Source: an uncultured Gemmatimonadales bacterium (GTDB taxonomy: Bacteria > Gemmatimonadota > Gemmatimonadetes > Gemmatimonadales > JACORV01). Taken from it: 64,000 nucleotides of DNA. Position 1 is the stretch's first letter. The number at the start of each line of letters is the position of its first letter. The notes below the pieces were generated by a model, which worked only from the letters and a program-made list of their open reading frames with translations, had not been told where the DNA came from and made no database searches. The translations under genes and the position numbers were made by a program. The stretch covers positions 31,223 through 95,222 of the forward strand of contig CAWDZR010000034.1 of NCBI GenBank assembly GCA_963806755.1, in the 5' to 3' direction. Below are positions 62,913-64,000 of the stretch, one piece after another.

Positions 62913-63719
62913 GTGAGCGGTCCGGGGCCGGACCGGGCATCGGGCCAGCGGCGCCAGGGAGAGCGGCGCCGGCTGTGGGACCGGCGCTCGCCGCTGCAGC
63001 GGCGCGGCAGGCCGGAGCGGCGCGTCCGCGAGCGGCGCCTGGCGGGCGGCGTATCCGACGCCGAGCGCCGCGCGGGCGCGGAGCGGCGCCGGACCGAGCG
63101 GCGCCTGGCCGCCGATCGGCGCATCGCCCTGGGGCGCCGGCACGGCCGGCGGCGGCGCTCCACGCCCACGCCCTACACCGTCGAGGAGCTGGCGCGGCTC
63201 AAGGGCCAGGTCGCCGGGCCGGGGCGGCTCACCTGCCCCGCCTGCGGCAGCGGTTTCACGCTCGGGCCGCCGCGGCGGCGCGGCTCGGACCAGGCCCGGC
63301 GTGTCGCGTGCCTGGGGTGCGGGCGGGCGGCGGTCGTCTCCGACACCCATGCCGCACGCGTGCTGCTCATCGCCCCCAACGAAGCCGTGCGGACCGCCCT
63401 GGCGGCGATCCTGGCGGGCGACGGCCACGAGGTCATCGAGGCGGCGGACGCCGGCGTCGGGTTGGCCGCGTACCGGACCGTGCCGGCCGACGCGGTGTTC
63501 CTGGACGTGCTGGCGCCCGGCCGGATGAACGCCACCGACTTCCTCAGGACCTTGCGCCGCGAGTATCCCGACGCGCGCGTCGTCGCCATCGCCGGACGGC
63601 CGTCCTTCGCGGGCGTGGACCCGCTCTCGGTCGCGAAGGGGCTCGGCGCCACCCGGACGATGCGGATCCCGCTCACCCGCGAGCAGGTGCTGCAGGCCGT
63701 CGAGGACGTCCGACCCTAG
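62913..63719 (+). CDS. atypical single-domain response regulator with an N-terminal (D/E)RR-repeat region and a 4-Cys zinc-ribbon
   Basis: The receiver domain is VLLIAPNE...AVFLDVLAPG...VVAIAG. Upstream lie CPACG...CLGCG and about 8 (E/D)RR motifs. The start is uncertain: GTG 62913, TTG 62886, or ATG 62853, which overlaps ychF. Confidence 0.7.
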   Translation: MSGPGPDRASGQRRQGERRRLWDRRSPLQRRGRPERRVRERRLAGGVSDAERRAGAERRRTERRLAADRRIALGRRHGRRRRSTPTPYTVEELARLKGQVAGPGRLTCPACGSGFTLGPPRRRGSDQARRVACLGCGRAAVVSDTHAARVLLIAPNEAVRTALAAILAGDGHEVIEAADAGVGLAAYRTVPADAVFLDVLAPGRMNATDFLRTLRREYPDARVVAIAGRPSFAGVDPLSVAKGLGATRTMRIPLTREQVLQAVEDVRP

Positions 63720-63803
63720 CCCGGCCCGCCGGCCCCCCGAACGCACGAGCGCGGCCCGGGTACGCCGGGCCGCGCTCGCGTCCGTCTCGGCGGGATGCCC
63801 CGG

Positions 63804-64000
63804 CTAGATCCCCAGGTCCGCCCGACCCATGGACTCCCAGTTGTCCGGCGGGGTCCACAGGCTCTTCTCGGTGCCGATCAGCGTCGCGTAGGAATGCAGC
63901 ATGCCGTAGTTGACGCACTTGATCGAGAACCACGAGATGTCCTTCCGCTCCCGCAGCTCCTGCTCGATGTCGTCCGTGACCTGCACGCTGGTGCGCCGCT
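63804..64000 (-). CDS. C-terminal end of an unidentified protein; gene continues beyond the window
   Basis: The frame is open from 63804 to the window edge, with a plausible non-repetitive sequence (...DISWFSIKCVNYGMLHSYATLIGTEKSLW...). Confidence 0.5.
   Translation of the reverse strand, partial: RRTSVQVTDDIEQELRERKDISWFSIKCVNYGMLHSYATLIGTEKSLWTPPDNWESMGRADLGI

Noticed and set aside
1-64000. Mobile element, prophage or genomic-island boundaries
   Set aside because: I saw no integrase, transposase, recombinase, tRNA attachment site or extended compositional break. Only short AT-richer promoter islands stand out.

Overview
This is a very GC-rich bacterial chromosomal segment; third codon positions are almost always G/C. 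It is densely coding on both strands. I found no rRNA, tRNA, CRISPR array, transposase, integrase or phage gene. The long Arg/Pro/Gly-rich alternative-frame ORFs in the track are high-GC artefacts. Gene content includes an ADOP-type FtsX permease, several secreted M1/S15 peptidases, GH3/GH78 glycosidases, YncE-type beta-propellers and NarL-type two-component systems. That suggests a soil heterotroph such as Gemmatimonadota or Acidobacteriota, but this is inference only.

Main points:
1. 2.3-6.7 kb (minus strand): a complete four-gene group-3b-type (sulfhydrogenase-like) [NiFe] hydrogenase operon, hyhB-G-S-L. A translationally adjacent cNMP-binding-domain-only gene follows it. The large subunit stops exactly at the DPCxxCxxH histidine.
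2. 39.3-49.9 kb (plus strand): a twelve-gene cluster and the best candidate for an undescribed system. Gene order is DUF134, NifX-like, DsrE3-like, ArsR, TusA, MvhD-like, an HdrA with an embedded GltD-type NAD(P)H module, a second full HdrA, a small protein, a QmoC-like HdrC/HdrE fusion, DsrE and a FadL-like outer-membrane barrel. It has no HdrB/CCG subunit, AprAB/Sat, DsrAB or lipoate-binding protein.
3. Seven intergenic spacers carry G-rich tandem heptamer or 17-mer repeats, several matching the canonical G-quadruplex motif. Six of the seven form three pairs that bracket a gene or gene block.
4. 14.26-14.49 kb: a roughly 230-bp nested inverted-repeat element in a convergent spacer.
5. Palindromic operators sit in AT-richer islands at 33.6, 39.33 and 40.85 kb.

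The rest is ordinary housekeeping or accessory metabolism. All functional calls come from reading motifs in the supplied translations; no database search was run.
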